A stretch of DNA of 64,000 nucleotides from a candidate division FCPU426 bacterium (GCA_963796105.1 CAWCKJ010000012.1:256001-320000); one strand, 5' to 3'; shown: positions 39,308 through 47,897, counted from the first letter of the stretch. Notes: generated by a model from the sequence alone, not told the origin. Translations and numbers: made by a program.

Positions 39308-40177
39308 TCAGGCGTTTTTGAAGTAATTTTCCTCGGCCAAATAACGCTTCAGGGCTTCCCGCCAGGGGACCAGTGGTTTACGGGAAACAGAACGGGCTTT
39401 GGATAAATCAAACCTGGAATTTCCAGGCCTCTTGGCCGGGCGTGAAAATCGGTCGGAAGTAACAGGAAGGACTTGGCAGTTCTTTAAACCCATTTCATCC
39501 CGAATCGCGAGAGTCAAGCCGTGCCAAGAGACATAACCCTCGTTGGCGTAATGGTAAAAACCGGCAGGCGGTTTGGTTTCGGCGATATCCAACATGAATT
39601 GGGCCAAATCCTCGGTGTAAGTAGGCCCCCCAACTTGGTCATCCACCACCTCCACCCTTTCTTTTTGCGACATCAGGCCCGCCATGGTCTTCACGAAATT
39701 CTTGCCGTTGGGCCCGTAAAGCCAGCTCGTTCGTATGATCCAACCGAGCGTCCCAGCTTCCTGGAACCTCCATTCGCCCTCCCATTTGGTCCGCCCGTAC
39801 CCATTCAAGGGTTTGGGGGTGTCTGTTTCTTTCCAGGGCTCTGTTCCCTTGCCGTCGAAAACATAGTCGGTGGAAATATGGATCATCCAGCGGTTTAATT
39901 CCTTGGATAACTTGGCCATATCCCCTACGGCTGGGCCGTTGATACGGAAGGCCGTGGGATATTGAAGCGGGTCCTCGCATGCGTCCACATTGGTGAATGC
40001 GGAACAGTTAATTGTCCCCTCGAAAATTTCCGACTTATATAAAGCCTCCAAAGCCTTGGGATCCATCAAATCGAGTTGGTCCAGGGTGGGAGCGATCAAT
40101 TCGTGTCCGGCCTTGCGGAATACTTCTTTCACCTTCGCCGCCAGCATTCCCGATTCTCCGATTAAAGCGATCTTCAT
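39308..40177 (-). CDS. rmlD: dTDP-4-dehydrorhamnose reductase
   Basis: G.SGML, HISTDYVFDG, YGRTK, RTSW, DQ.G.PT, A.RP. Confidence 0.95.
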   Translation of the reverse strand: MKIALIGESGMLAAKVKEVFRKAGHELIAPTLDQLDLMDPKALEALYKSEIFEGTINCSAFTNVDACEDPLQYPTAFRINGPAVGDMAKLSKELNRWMIHISTDYVFDGKGTEPWKETDTPKPLNGYGRTKWEGEWRFQEAGTLGWIIRTSWLYGPNGKNFVKTMAGLMSQKERVEVVDDQVGGPTYTEDLAQFMLDIAETKPPAGFYHYANEGYVSWHGLTLAIRDEMGLKNCQVLPVTSDRFSRPAKRPGNSRFDLSKARSVSRKPLVPWREALKRYLAEENYFKNA

Positions 40178-40185
40178 TAATGCTC

Positions 40186-40611
40186 CTATTCTTTCCTGAA
40201 AATCCCGCCCTTATTTTTCCGAGTCACTTCCCAGAATCCCCTCGGCGAAAGAATAACGGTTTTCTTGAACTTCTTCAAAACCAATAAATCCTCGTCACCT
40301 GTAACGATAAAGTCCGCCTGGCAAGTCAAAGCCAGGCCAAGGATGGGAAGGTCTTTCGAGTCGCGGCAAGTATTCGGGGGAACAACCTGAGGGATTCCGA
40401 GAGTACTATTGGATTTTATGTATTCCAGGTTTTGCTCAGCTGACTCTTTTGACATCTTTACTTTTTTGAAAAACCCGGCATGGATTTCAGCCAACAGGTG
40501 TTCGCTCATGAAAACATCATGGTTTTCGATGCAAAGTTCATAAAGATCGTTGCAAATTCCATGGGTCGCGAAAGCCGCGATGAGGACATTTGCGTCTAAA
40601 ATAATTCTCAC
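40186..40611 (-). CDS. PIN-domain (VapC-like) toxin
   Basis: IILDANVLI, CRD.KD, ADFIVTGDEDLL. GTGA overlap with the antitoxin. Confidence 0.9.
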   Translation of the reverse strand: MRIILDANVLIAAFATHGICNDLYELCIENHDVFMSEHLLAEIHAGFFKKVKMSKESAEQNLEYIKSNSTLGIPQVVPPNTCRDSKDLPILGLALTCQADFIVTGDEDLLVLKKFKKTVILSPRGFWEVTRKNKGGIFRKE

Positions 40612-40826
40612 TTCAAGGCCTTGAACACATCCTCATCGGTATAAAGGCCTTGGGCCTCGGCATAGGGGATCGTCTTATCCCGTAATTCCCGGAAACGGCG
40701 GATAGCCACATACCGGCGGAGGGATTCCCGCACCACGTCGCTGACAGAAACATGCTCATACTCGATAAGTTTTTGTAGTTCTGAGCCCAATTCTTTGGGT
40801 ATGCGGATTGTGATGGTTTGTTTCAT
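40608..40826 (-). CDS. CopG/RHH antitoxin
   Basis: TITIRIP...SVSDVVRESLRRY, C-terminal GLYTDEDVFK. AAGGAG RBS. Confidence 0.88.
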   Translation of the reverse strand: MKQTITIRIPKELGSELQKLIEYEHVSVSDVVRESLRRYVAIRRFRELRDKTIPYAEAQGLYTDEDVFKALK

Positions 40827-40836
40827 GTCGGGCTCC

Positions 40837-40875
40837 TTTGTAATACAACGTATTACAAATACCATCCCTTGTCAA
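40837..40875 (-). promoter_or_regulatory. TA promoter with palindromic operator
   Basis: Perfect IR TTTGTAATAC-aac-GTATTACAAA (40837-59) just downstream of TTGACA (40870-75). Confidence 0.75.
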
Positions 40876-41006
40876 CCACAGCGCCCGCGGCGCAGAGCAA
40901 TAGAACAATAGAAAACAGAAAGTGGATTTAAAGATACTGCGGTCAATTGTTCAATTGCTCAATTTTCAAGGAATTGCGGGTTTATCTACCTTCGCTTTCT
41001 CACTAC

Positions 41007-41077
41007 GCCCTATGGGTTTCTTCCTTTGCTAAAGCTACGGAAGACCGGTCTGAGACAGGCAGCTTCGGCAGACAAGT
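41007..41077. repeat. Nested REP-like mosaic (CCTTCGCT-AAAGCTACGG type)
   Basis: ccttcgct...[cctttgctaaagctacggaagac]...agcttcggcagacaag. Confidence 0.45.
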
Positions 41078-41161
41078 CGTGCAGCTTTCTATCGGGAAGC
41101 TAGGAGGAATATCGGAAAAACGAGGCCCGGCGAAAAACCGGGCCGAGGCGGAAACTTTTAA
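41078..41161 (+). pseudogene. Third, most eroded relic of the island repeat ORF
   Basis: Translates RAAFYREARRNIGK...RGGNF*, versus (H/R)AAHYWEAFRNIEK..GGG in the two long repeats. Confidence 0.55.
41114..41144 (-). terminator. Terminator after TA module 41158-41862
   Basis: GGCCCGG-7nt-CCGGGCC followed by a U-tract on the minus strand. Confidence 0.55.
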
Positions 41162-41517
41162 CGGGCAAAGGCTAAAGCGCTTTGTCCCTTCTTATCCTTT
41201 TTCATCTTCTCGATGGAAAGATCATATCCGGCGTAGTTGATTATTTTTAAAATGGTCCTGAAGTCGGGAGTAACTTTTCCCAAAAGGGACTTATAAAGAG
41301 CCTGGCGGTTTAGTCCTGTCCCCCGCGCAAGCTTACCTACCCCCCCCAGGGCCGTTACCAGGTCATGGAGGTTATCCATTAAAACAGGCAAATCCTTTTC
41401 AGTGATAAGGCCTTTGAGATATTCCGCCCGAAAAACTTCATCCCTTTTAAGTTCCTTGACAGTCCACCCGTGCAGATCAAACGGCACAGCCGGTGAAATC
41501 GGTTTATTTTTTTTCAT
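41158..41517 (-). CDS. Addiction module antidote (XRE-HTH, HigA-like)
   Basis: GGVGKLARGTGLNRQALYKSL...PDFRTILKI; lies downstream of the toxin. Confidence 0.88.
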   Translation of the reverse strand: MKKNKPISPAVPFDLHGWTVKELKRDEVFRAEYLKGLITEKDLPVLMDNLHDLVTALGGVGKLARGTGLNRQALYKSLLGKVTPDFRTILKIINYAGYDLSIEKMKKDKKGQSALAFAR

Positions 41518-41526
41518 ATCCCCCCC

Positions 41527-41862
41527 CTACCTCTTTCTCTTCTTGTAATCCACCCAATAACTTCTCGCAAGGTTGATATCCCGTTGTTGGCGGTGTTTCT
41601 CTCCTCCGCAAAGCAAAATCACCAATACCGGGCCGTCCTGGCCAAAATAAACACGGTAACCCGGCCCTACATCAACAACAAAACCCCAAACCCCTCCGCC
41701 TACATCATCACAATGTCCAAGACTTCCCCGGCTGACCCTGTCCAACCGATCCCGGATAGCCTTTTTAGCCTTTCCATCCCTTAACCCCACAAGCCAAATG
41801 GTAAAGGGCTTCATTCCCTCCGAGGTTTGGTACTCCAAAAGAGTCCGCAGCCTTGCTTCCAT
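41527..41862 (-). CDS. RelE/ParE-superfamily addiction module killer (HigB-like)
   Basis: PF..WL..LRD, RLDRV..G.LG, VGGGVW, GPGYRVYF, LLCGG.K..Q..DI. Confidence 0.9.
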   Translation of the reverse strand: MEARLRTLLEYQTSEGMKPFTIWLVGLRDGKAKKAIRDRLDRVSRGSLGHCDDVGGGVWGFVVDVGPGYRVYFGQDGPVLVILLCGGEKHRQQRDINLARSYWVDYKKRKR

Positions 41863-41898
41863 TGGTAGATTGTCGCCCAAAAACGACATAGATTCAAG
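41863..41898 (-). promoter_or_regulatory. Promoter/operator giving a near-leaderless toxin mRNA
   Basis: TTGAAT...GACAAT ends about 5 nt before the ATG. IR TGTCG...CGACA lies in the spacer. No SD. Confidence 0.45.
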
Positions 41899-41930
41899 TC
41901 TCATTATGGCATCTGCTTACCGCCCCTTTT

Positions 41931-42553
41931 CCATGCCAAAAGTACCTCGACTTATGCCAACAAAGATTCCGGTCTATGCCAGCAGGTAATCCGACTCTGC
42001 CAGCAGGAGTGCCAGCGCCTGCCAGCAGTACCCCGACTCATGCCCACAGGGCTTCCGGGCCATGCCTACAGGGACCTCTGCCCCTGCCCATGCCTACATG
42101 GCCACCGGATGGCGGAAACCACGTCACGGGATGGCGGAAAACCGACCCCAGATGGTGGAAATCTCGTCATCGGATGGCGGAAAGCCCTGTTCCCGGCTTA
42201 AATCCAGCTGTTCCCAGGTTATCCCGGCCTGTTCTCGGCTTAAGTCCTGTTGTTCCCGGGTTATCTCGGACTGTTCCCGGCTTAAGTCCAGCTGTTCCCG
42301 GGTTATCCCGGCCTGTTCCCGGCTTAAGTCCAGTTGTTCCCAGCTTATCTCGGCCTGTTCCCGGCTTAAGACCAACTGTTCCCGGCTTAAGTCCAACTGT
42401 TCCCGGGTTATCCCAGTTCCCGGCTTAAATCCAGCTGTTCCCAGGTTATCTCGGCCTTTTCCCGGCTTAAGTCCAAGAATTCTCTGGTTCCAGGCCAGTA
42501 CCAGCGGTTCCAGACCGGTTCCGGGCCGGTTCCAGAGTTTCAGGGTTTCAGGG
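41931..42553. repeat. Composite of four consecutive tandem-repeat arrays
   Basis: (a/c)TGCC units at 41933/54/76/97, 42019/40/62/84. GATGG(c/t)GGAAA at 42108/30/51/73. Fourteen 21-nt CTGTTCCCGG units at 42187-42476. GGTTCC units ~11 nt apart at 42486-42533. Confidence 0.92.
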
Positions 42554-42642
42554 CAGCATGCGGTGAGCGACCAACAGGAGTCGAATCCGTTCCCGAGTTC
42601 CAGTGGTTCCAAGCCTGCCTCCCGAAGCTTAATGCATAGGGA

Positions 42643-43014
42643 GGGCTAGTTCCCGAGCTTGTCGAGGGGTTCCCGGCCCTTCGGCAAGCTCAGGGCGGGA
42701 TATCCCAAGCGAGGGATCGGGGAGCTTATGGCTGAATCCGGGCTTGGAAAAGGCGTTTGATTTCATACCGCTCAGAAAGCGGCTTCGCGCTTGAAAAAAC
42801 TTGGTTCTTGCTGGATAGCTGGCCTAGGGGCCGGTAAGGATTAACTGAGCGCCAGGCAGTTGGGAAATAGCCTACCGAAAAGCCCGGAACTGGTGGGTCA
42901 TGCGGCTCACTATTGGGAAGCTTTCAGAAATATCGAAAAAGCGGTACAAGGAGGCGGAACGCCCAAAAAGAGTAGACAAGCAAGCAACTTGCTATTTACG
43001 AGACGCTAGAAAAA
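42643..43014 (+). repeat. ~370-bp direct repeat R1 (decayed wHTH-like ORF plus REP pair)
   Basis: Aligns end to end with 43754-44123, with mostly transition differences. Confidence 0.92.
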
Positions 43015-43313
43015 TTCTTTTTTGAAAAAGAAACATTGATACGTAAATTGAAGGCGGAAAGAATCTTTGCCAAGCTATCCCAGCGGGGATTTCCCTTTTT
43101 GGAGATAATTTTATATATTGCCGGACGCGTAAGATGTGTTTCCTTCGCAAGCCAAGCAACTCCCCCCATAGCCTCGGCGCAATCTTCCAGGACGGATAAA
43201 AGGATTTTGGGGTCCCCGTCTTCAAGTGCGGCGTTGATATATCCGATCCGATGTTCCGGGTTTTTTAATCTTTCAATTAAATCATCATGGTAACTTACTG
43301 ACCTATTTCCCAT
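42996..43313 (-). CDS. Addiction module antidote (XRE-HTH), second paralog
   Basis: YINAALEDGDP, GGVAWLAKETHLTRPAIYK..S.KGNP. Confidence 0.9.
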   Translation of the reverse strand: MGNRSVSYHDDLIERLKNPEHRIGYINAALEDGDPKILLSVLEDCAEAMGGVAWLAKETHLTRPAIYKIISKKGNPRWDSLAKILSAFNLRINVSFSKKNFSSVS

Positions 43314-43329
43314 TTTTACACCCCCCCAA

Positions 43330-43680
43330 TTAACCTTTGTCTTTCGCCTTATCATTTTTCTTAAAATCTTCCCAAAAAGCGATGGCCTGCTGAATGTCCT
43401 TATTTTGCCTTTTCTTGTTCCCGCCAACCAAAAGCAAAACCACTTTTTGGCTATCGGTCAACCCGTAATAAATCCGAGTCCCCGGTCCATCGTCAAAAAT
43501 CAAAGCCCAAACCCCACCCCCCTCGGAATGGTGGTCGCCAAAAAGACCCTTCTCGACCCTGTTCAAACGAACATTGACAAGAGATTGAACATTTATCGAT
43601 TGTTCGTCCAGCCAAAGCCTATAAGGCTTCTTCCCTTCCACGTTCTGGTAAATCTCGATTGTTCGTGGTATAGCCTCCAT
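43330..43680 (-). CDS. RelE/ParE-superfamily addiction module killer, second paralog
   Basis: PYRLWL, RLNRVEKGLFGD, GGGVW, GPGTRIYY, LLVGGNK.RQ.KDI. Confidence 0.9.
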   Translation of the reverse strand: MEAIPRTIEIYQNVEGKKPYRLWLDEQSINVQSLVNVRLNRVEKGLFGDHHSEGGGVWALIFDDGPGTRIYYGLTDSQKVVLLLVGGNKKRQNKDIQQAIAFWEDFKKNDKAKDKG

Positions 43681-43695
43681 GCTTACCCTTCATAG

Positions 43696-43735
43696 AAACT
43701 ATAGTTTACACATCTTGAAATGTCAACTATAGTTT
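43696..43735 (-). promoter_or_regulatory. TA promoter with two palindromic operators
   Basis: TTGACA (43721-26)-17 nt-TATAGT (43698-703). AAACTATAGTTT at 43696-707 and AACTATAGTT at 43725-34 overlap the -10 and -35. Confidence 0.8.
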
Positions 43736-43753
43736 CACGGTTCTCGGGGTTCT

Positions 43754-44123
43754 GGGCTAGTTCCCGAGTTCTGGGGTTCCCGGCCCTTCGGCAGGCTCAG
43801 GGCGGGATATCCCAAGCGAGGGATCGGGGAACTTATGGCCGAATCCGGGCTGGGAAAGAGCGTTCGATTTCATGCCTTTCAGTAAGCAGCTTCGCGCTTG
43901 GAAAAACTTGGTTCTTGCTGAATGGCTGGCCTAGGGGCTGGTAAGGGCCAACTGGGCACCAGGCAGTTAGGAAATAGCCTCCCGAAAAGCCCGGAACTGT
44001 TGGATCGCGCGGCTCACTATTAGGAAGCTTTCAGAAATATCGAAAAAGCGGTACAAGGAGGTGGAATGCCCAAAAAGAGGAGACAAGTAGAACGTCAGGC
44101 CATTTACGAGACGCAAGAATAAA
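43754..44123 (+). repeat. ~370-bp direct repeat R2
   Basis: Second copy of 42643-43014, offset by about 1.11 kb. Confidence 0.92.
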
Positions 44124-44189
44124 ACAAGCTGATCAACATTGTGAAGGGTGGAAAAGCTTGTCACGCTTATCAGAAATTCGAGGATGTCC

Positions 44190-45758
44190 CTAGTGGCCTT
44201 TTGGCGGAATACCTGAAAATTGATTTGAAGGAATAAACTTCGGATTAGCGGTTGAACTGGATGATTGGCATATATATATCCCGTATCCCTCTCTTTTCCC
44301 CTGTGAAAAATTTCGGAGGAAACGAAAATCCTTTGGAGCGTCCTGTATTGGGTAGGTGGTAATAATAAGGACATCCCCTTTTTCGCGACCCAGCCGATGG
44401 ACAATTTCACCCCATTGAGAGCCGCTTAAAGGCATATCCACAAATCGGTCGCGAACGTAGAAAAAACTGGATCGATCATTCGCCGCCTCAATAATCGGAC
44501 GGTCTAAATAAGCACTGATGGTTGTCATGAAGGGTGCAATGGAACCAACAATTGGCAAATCCTGTAAATTGTTTTCTTTTATATAAATGGCCACTTCTCT
44601 TCCAGTTGAAAAGGGCATTCTTAATTCCCCTAAGTTGAAGTCCACGCTTCCAGCTAGTGATACTAAGAGCGTAAAAATCATAAATGGCTTCCAAAGAAAT
44701 TGCCCGGTGTTACGCAGAAATCGGGGTAATTTTAATTCCTTGATGTAACCGAACCCATCTGCTTGGGCTATCCATTGGGAGCAAAGGAATAAAACGAGAA
44801 TAAAGCCGGACCATCTTGGGCTCATTCCAATAAAATATCCATTTATCCAAACAAAAGACCAAATTCCAAGAAAACCAACTGAAAGCAATACCAATGACAG
44901 GTGGTTTCGTACGGCACAAAGAAAGGCCCCTAGCACAAGAAATACTGCGGGCAAAGTCATGGAAGCACTTGGTTGCTGACCGATATTAGACCAAGGGCGT
45001 AAAGGGAAGAAGGCCTGCAATACTCCCTGTGATTCGATAGAAAATCTTTTTAAATCAAGTGAAAAATTAATAAGAGAATACGGACTGTCCGCAGGCGGCT
45101 TTATTTCCACTACTGCCAAAATAATCCCGAGTATCACTAAAACAATTGCGAATCCTAAGGAAGTGGAAATGTGGGGCACAGAAGAGACCTTTTTTATCCT
45201 GCGCATAAATTCATCAAATAACCATAAAAAAGAGAAAGATATAGCAAAGATTGTTCCGAAAACATCAACCTGGGTCAAAACAAACAACAGGATAGCCATG
45301 AGAAGTACTCTGCGTTTAGGGGAACAAAAAGCCGCAGTAAAAGCAAAAGCTAAGGCAACAACTAAGGAATATCCCCGGCTGATGATGGCGTACTCACAAA
45401 ATGGGTAATATCCAGCCGCAAATAATATTTTTATCCAGCGTGAAAAAGGCGCATATCTAAAAACCACCCAAACAGAGAAAGTGGCAATAAGGATATGGAA
45501 CAACTGCATGATGACAGGGTTATTCCAAATAATTGAGAGGAACCAAATACAAAGAAACCAGAGGCAAGGATGACCTTCATAACGAATGTTATGGAACAAT
45601 TGGAAAAGGGATAAACTTTTGTGGGCAATCACCCAGACTTGGAGTTCATCCCCCCACATGGAGTGATTTAAAATTCGGATTAAACCTATAAGGAAAAACG
45701 CGCTTAATAATATCCAAAGGTTTTTCCGGCTGAATTGATATTCGGAATTCTCAGACAA
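44190..45758 (-). CDS. Multipass membrane protein, GT-C-like glycosyltransferase
   Basis: First loop WGDE, YEGHP.LW, SRGYS; about 11-12 TMs and a soluble C-domain; AT-richer than its neighbours. Confidence 0.65.
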   Translation of the reverse strand: MSENSEYQFSRKNLWILLSAFFLIGLIRILNHSMWGDELQVWVIAHKSLSLFQLFHNIRYEGHPCLWFLCIWFLSIIWNNPVIMQLFHILIATFSVWVVFRYAPFSRWIKILFAAGYYPFCEYAIISRGYSLVVALAFAFTAAFCSPKRRVLLMAILLFVLTQVDVFGTIFAISFSFLWLFDEFMRRIKKVSSVPHISTSLGFAIVLVILGIILAVVEIKPPADSPYSLINFSLDLKRFSIESQGVLQAFFPLRPWSNIGQQPSASMTLPAVFLVLGAFLCAVRNHLSLVLLSVGFLGIWSFVWINGYFIGMSPRWSGFILVLFLCSQWIAQADGFGYIKELKLPRFLRNTGQFLWKPFMIFTLLVSLAGSVDFNLGELRMPFSTGREVAIYIKENNLQDLPIVGSIAPFMTTISAYLDRPIIEAANDRSSFFYVRDRFVDMPLSGSQWGEIVHRLGREKGDVLIITTYPIQDAPKDFRFLRNFSQGKREGYGIYICQSSSSTANPKFIPSNQFSGIPPKGH

Positions 45759-45872
45759 AGGTACCTGACCTATCTATTCCACATAAAAGGGTTTTCTAAA
45801 TCGTTGATTAGTCTACTTAGTTCAATATCACTTCTCCATTCGTAATATTTAACGTCTGTTATAATCCACCTC

Positions 45873-47801
45873 ATGTTAACTCAATCTTCCCTACAACCCA
45901 GGACTCTTTCGGCTTCAATTCGATCTTTTTTTATCAATCCTTGGTCCTGGGCACTAATTTCTTGTTTTCTTCTCCTGGTCCTATTAAGCGCACATATCAT
46001 TCAAGACTTGGATTTAGGTTTTCACCTTAGGAGTGGCCAGTGGATTCTGCAAAATCACAGTTTTCCCGCCAAGGATACCTTCACCTACACAGTTCCCAAT
46101 CACGATTATGTTGATGGCCATTGGTTTTACCAAGTCGTTCTTTACCTGCTCTTTATTACCGGCAGCTATTCTCTACTTACATTATTTAATATTGTTTTAA
46201 TAATCGCGGTATTTTCATTTCTATGGGCACGTCTTCGTTTAACCGCTGCACCAACATGGATAACCACACTATTGTTTGCATGGGCTATATGGGAATGTGA
46301 AATTCGTTTCCAGGTCCGGCCCGAAATCATTAGTTGGTTGCTTATGAGTATTATGCTTTGGGCATTGGAACAAAGAACGGCCCGAAAAAGGGATTTCCTT
46401 TTTCTTCTTCCAATCCTCCAGGTTGTTTGGGTCAATATGGAAGGTTTATTTATCTTGGGCTGGGGATTGATGATTGTTTATTTGGTTTCCGGTATTTTCC
46501 ATCAACACCGTGCAGATTCAAAGTTGGCGCGGTTTTCGGGCCTGGCAATGGTTTTATGCTTGTTAAACCCTTATTTTTTCAGGGGGATATTATTTCCATT
46601 CCAACTTTGGCAAACACTTCACACGGAACTTTTCCACAAAAATATCAACGAATTTATGTCCCCTTGGGCCCATTACGATATTTCCATTATGCCGGTTGCC
46701 CAGTTATGGGGTTATAAACTATTCAGTTTCCTTTTATTGTTTTTGATCTTGTTCACCTGGAAGAAACGGAAAATAAACGAGTTTTTCCTGATCGCCATTT
46801 TCTTTTATTTATCCGCAAACGCCGTACGGAACATTTCGCTTTTCATCCTCATTTGCCTGCCCATTATGGCCGCTTGTTTGAAGGACCTGGAATGGGCATG
46901 GTTACGCAAAATAACGGAAGGGTTTCTATCACGGTCATGGGTTGCGTTGATCCTTATAACCCTACTTTTGGGTCTGGGTTTGCGGGTCATCACAAACGCC
47001 CATTATGTGGACGACCGCCGAACCGAACGGTTCGGCCTCGGGGCGAATGGTGAAAGCCAACCCGTTCGGGCCACGGATTTCCTTATTCAAAACCATTTAG
47101 ATGGAAGGATATTGAATTCTTTAAATCCGGGAGGCTGGTTAGACTGGAAAGGTCCTCAAAAGGTATTTATCGATGGCCGTCTGGAGGTAATGGGCGAGAA
47201 ACTATTCGCAGAATACATTTCAACCCAACACACAGGAAAAATAATATCCTTGGCAGACCAAATTTCCGCACAAATTCTATTTTTCAATCCAGCTATGTCC
47301 ACGAGTTGGGTCGCTGATCTCCAAAATAACAGTGATTGGCGACCGGTTTACTTGGATGAGAATACCGTAATTTATCTGAAGAAAGGTTATGCGCCTCAAG
47401 TGCCGGCCCTTGACGATTCCAGAATCATGGCTGAATACAATATCCAGGTTCAGGTCCTGGAAAGGGCAACTGAATTCATCAAACTTCCCGAACCCACTAT
47501 ATGGAATTTTTTATTGCAGGGTTTTTACGTCCGGGCGAATTATCCAATCGGGATTTCAAATATGGGGACTTTTTTTTTATTGGAAAACCATCCTCAAACT
47601 GCCGAGGCATTTTTCTTGGAAGCATTAAATCTATCAGGCGGAAAATATTTCGACCTTTACTACAAACTCGGCGTCTTTTATTACTTAGCTAAACGGTACG
47701 ACGAAGCCAAACTATGCTTGGAACGTGTCTTGAAAAACGATCCGAGCAATCCTTCGGCTCACTACATTTTAGAAAACCTTCCACCCAGGCAGAAGATGTA
47801 G
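45873..47801 (+). CDS. Multipass GT-C-like membrane protein with C-terminal TPR
   Basis: DLDLGFHLRSGQWI, RPE, LLNPY, FIDGR; C-terminal YYKLG..YY..KRYDEA...E.VL..DPSN TPR. Confidence 0.7.
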   Translation: MLTQSSLQPRTLSASIRSFFINPWSWALISCFLLLVLLSAHIIQDLDLGFHLRSGQWILQNHSFPAKDTFTYTVPNHDYVDGHWFYQVVLYLLFITGSYSLLTLFNIVLIIAVFSFLWARLRLTAAPTWITTLLFAWAIWECEIRFQVRPEIISWLLMSIMLWALEQRTARKRDFLFLLPILQVVWVNMEGLFILGWGLMIVYLVSGIFHQHRADSKLARFSGLAMVLCLLNPYFFRGILFPFQLWQTLHTELFHKNINEFMSPWAHYDISIMPVAQLWGYKLFSFLLLFLILFTWKKRKINEFFLIAIFFYLSANAVRNISLFILICLPIMAACLKDLEWAWLRKITEGFLSRSWVALILITLLLGLGLRVITNAHYVDDRRTERFGLGANGESQPVRATDFLIQNHLDGRILNSLNPGGWLDWKGPQKVFIDGRLEVMGEKLFAEYISTQHTGKIISLADQISAQILFFNPAMSTSWVADLQNNSDWRPVYLDENTVIYLKKGYAPQVPALDDSRIMAEYNIQVQVLERATEFIKLPEPTIWNFLLQGFYVRANYPIGISNMGTFFLLENHPQTAEAFFLEALNLSGGKYFDLYYKLGVFYYLAKRYDEAKLCLERVLKNDPSNPSAHYILENLPPRQKM

Positions 47802-47897
47802 GATGTCACAATAATCTTTCCGTATTATTTGTGAAGCAGCGATGGTAATTCCACATCACTAGTCGGGGAAAAAATCTGGCGAGAGGAGTTAAGCAAC

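Noticed and set aside
42187..42476. CRISPR array
   Set aside because: Units are contiguous 21-mers with no unique spacers, and there are no cas genes in the window.
41976..42649. ORFs over the repeat arrays (heptad REQLDLS on minus; Cys-rich and PGLS ORFs on plus) as real genes
   Set aside because: Three overlapping frames are open simply because the repeat lacks stops. The 17- and 22-nt units shift the peptide pattern and there is no convincing RBS. A coiled-coil relic cannot be fully excluded.
42643..44123. Integron attC sites or IS ends
   Set aside because: Too long for attC, no RYYYAAC/GTTRRRY-bounded palindrome recognised, no terminal IRs, and no integrase or transposase in the window.
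43967..44410. 147-aa minus-strand ORF as a gene
   Set aside because: It overlaps the membrane-protein gene out of frame and runs antisense through R2, with no recognisable motif.
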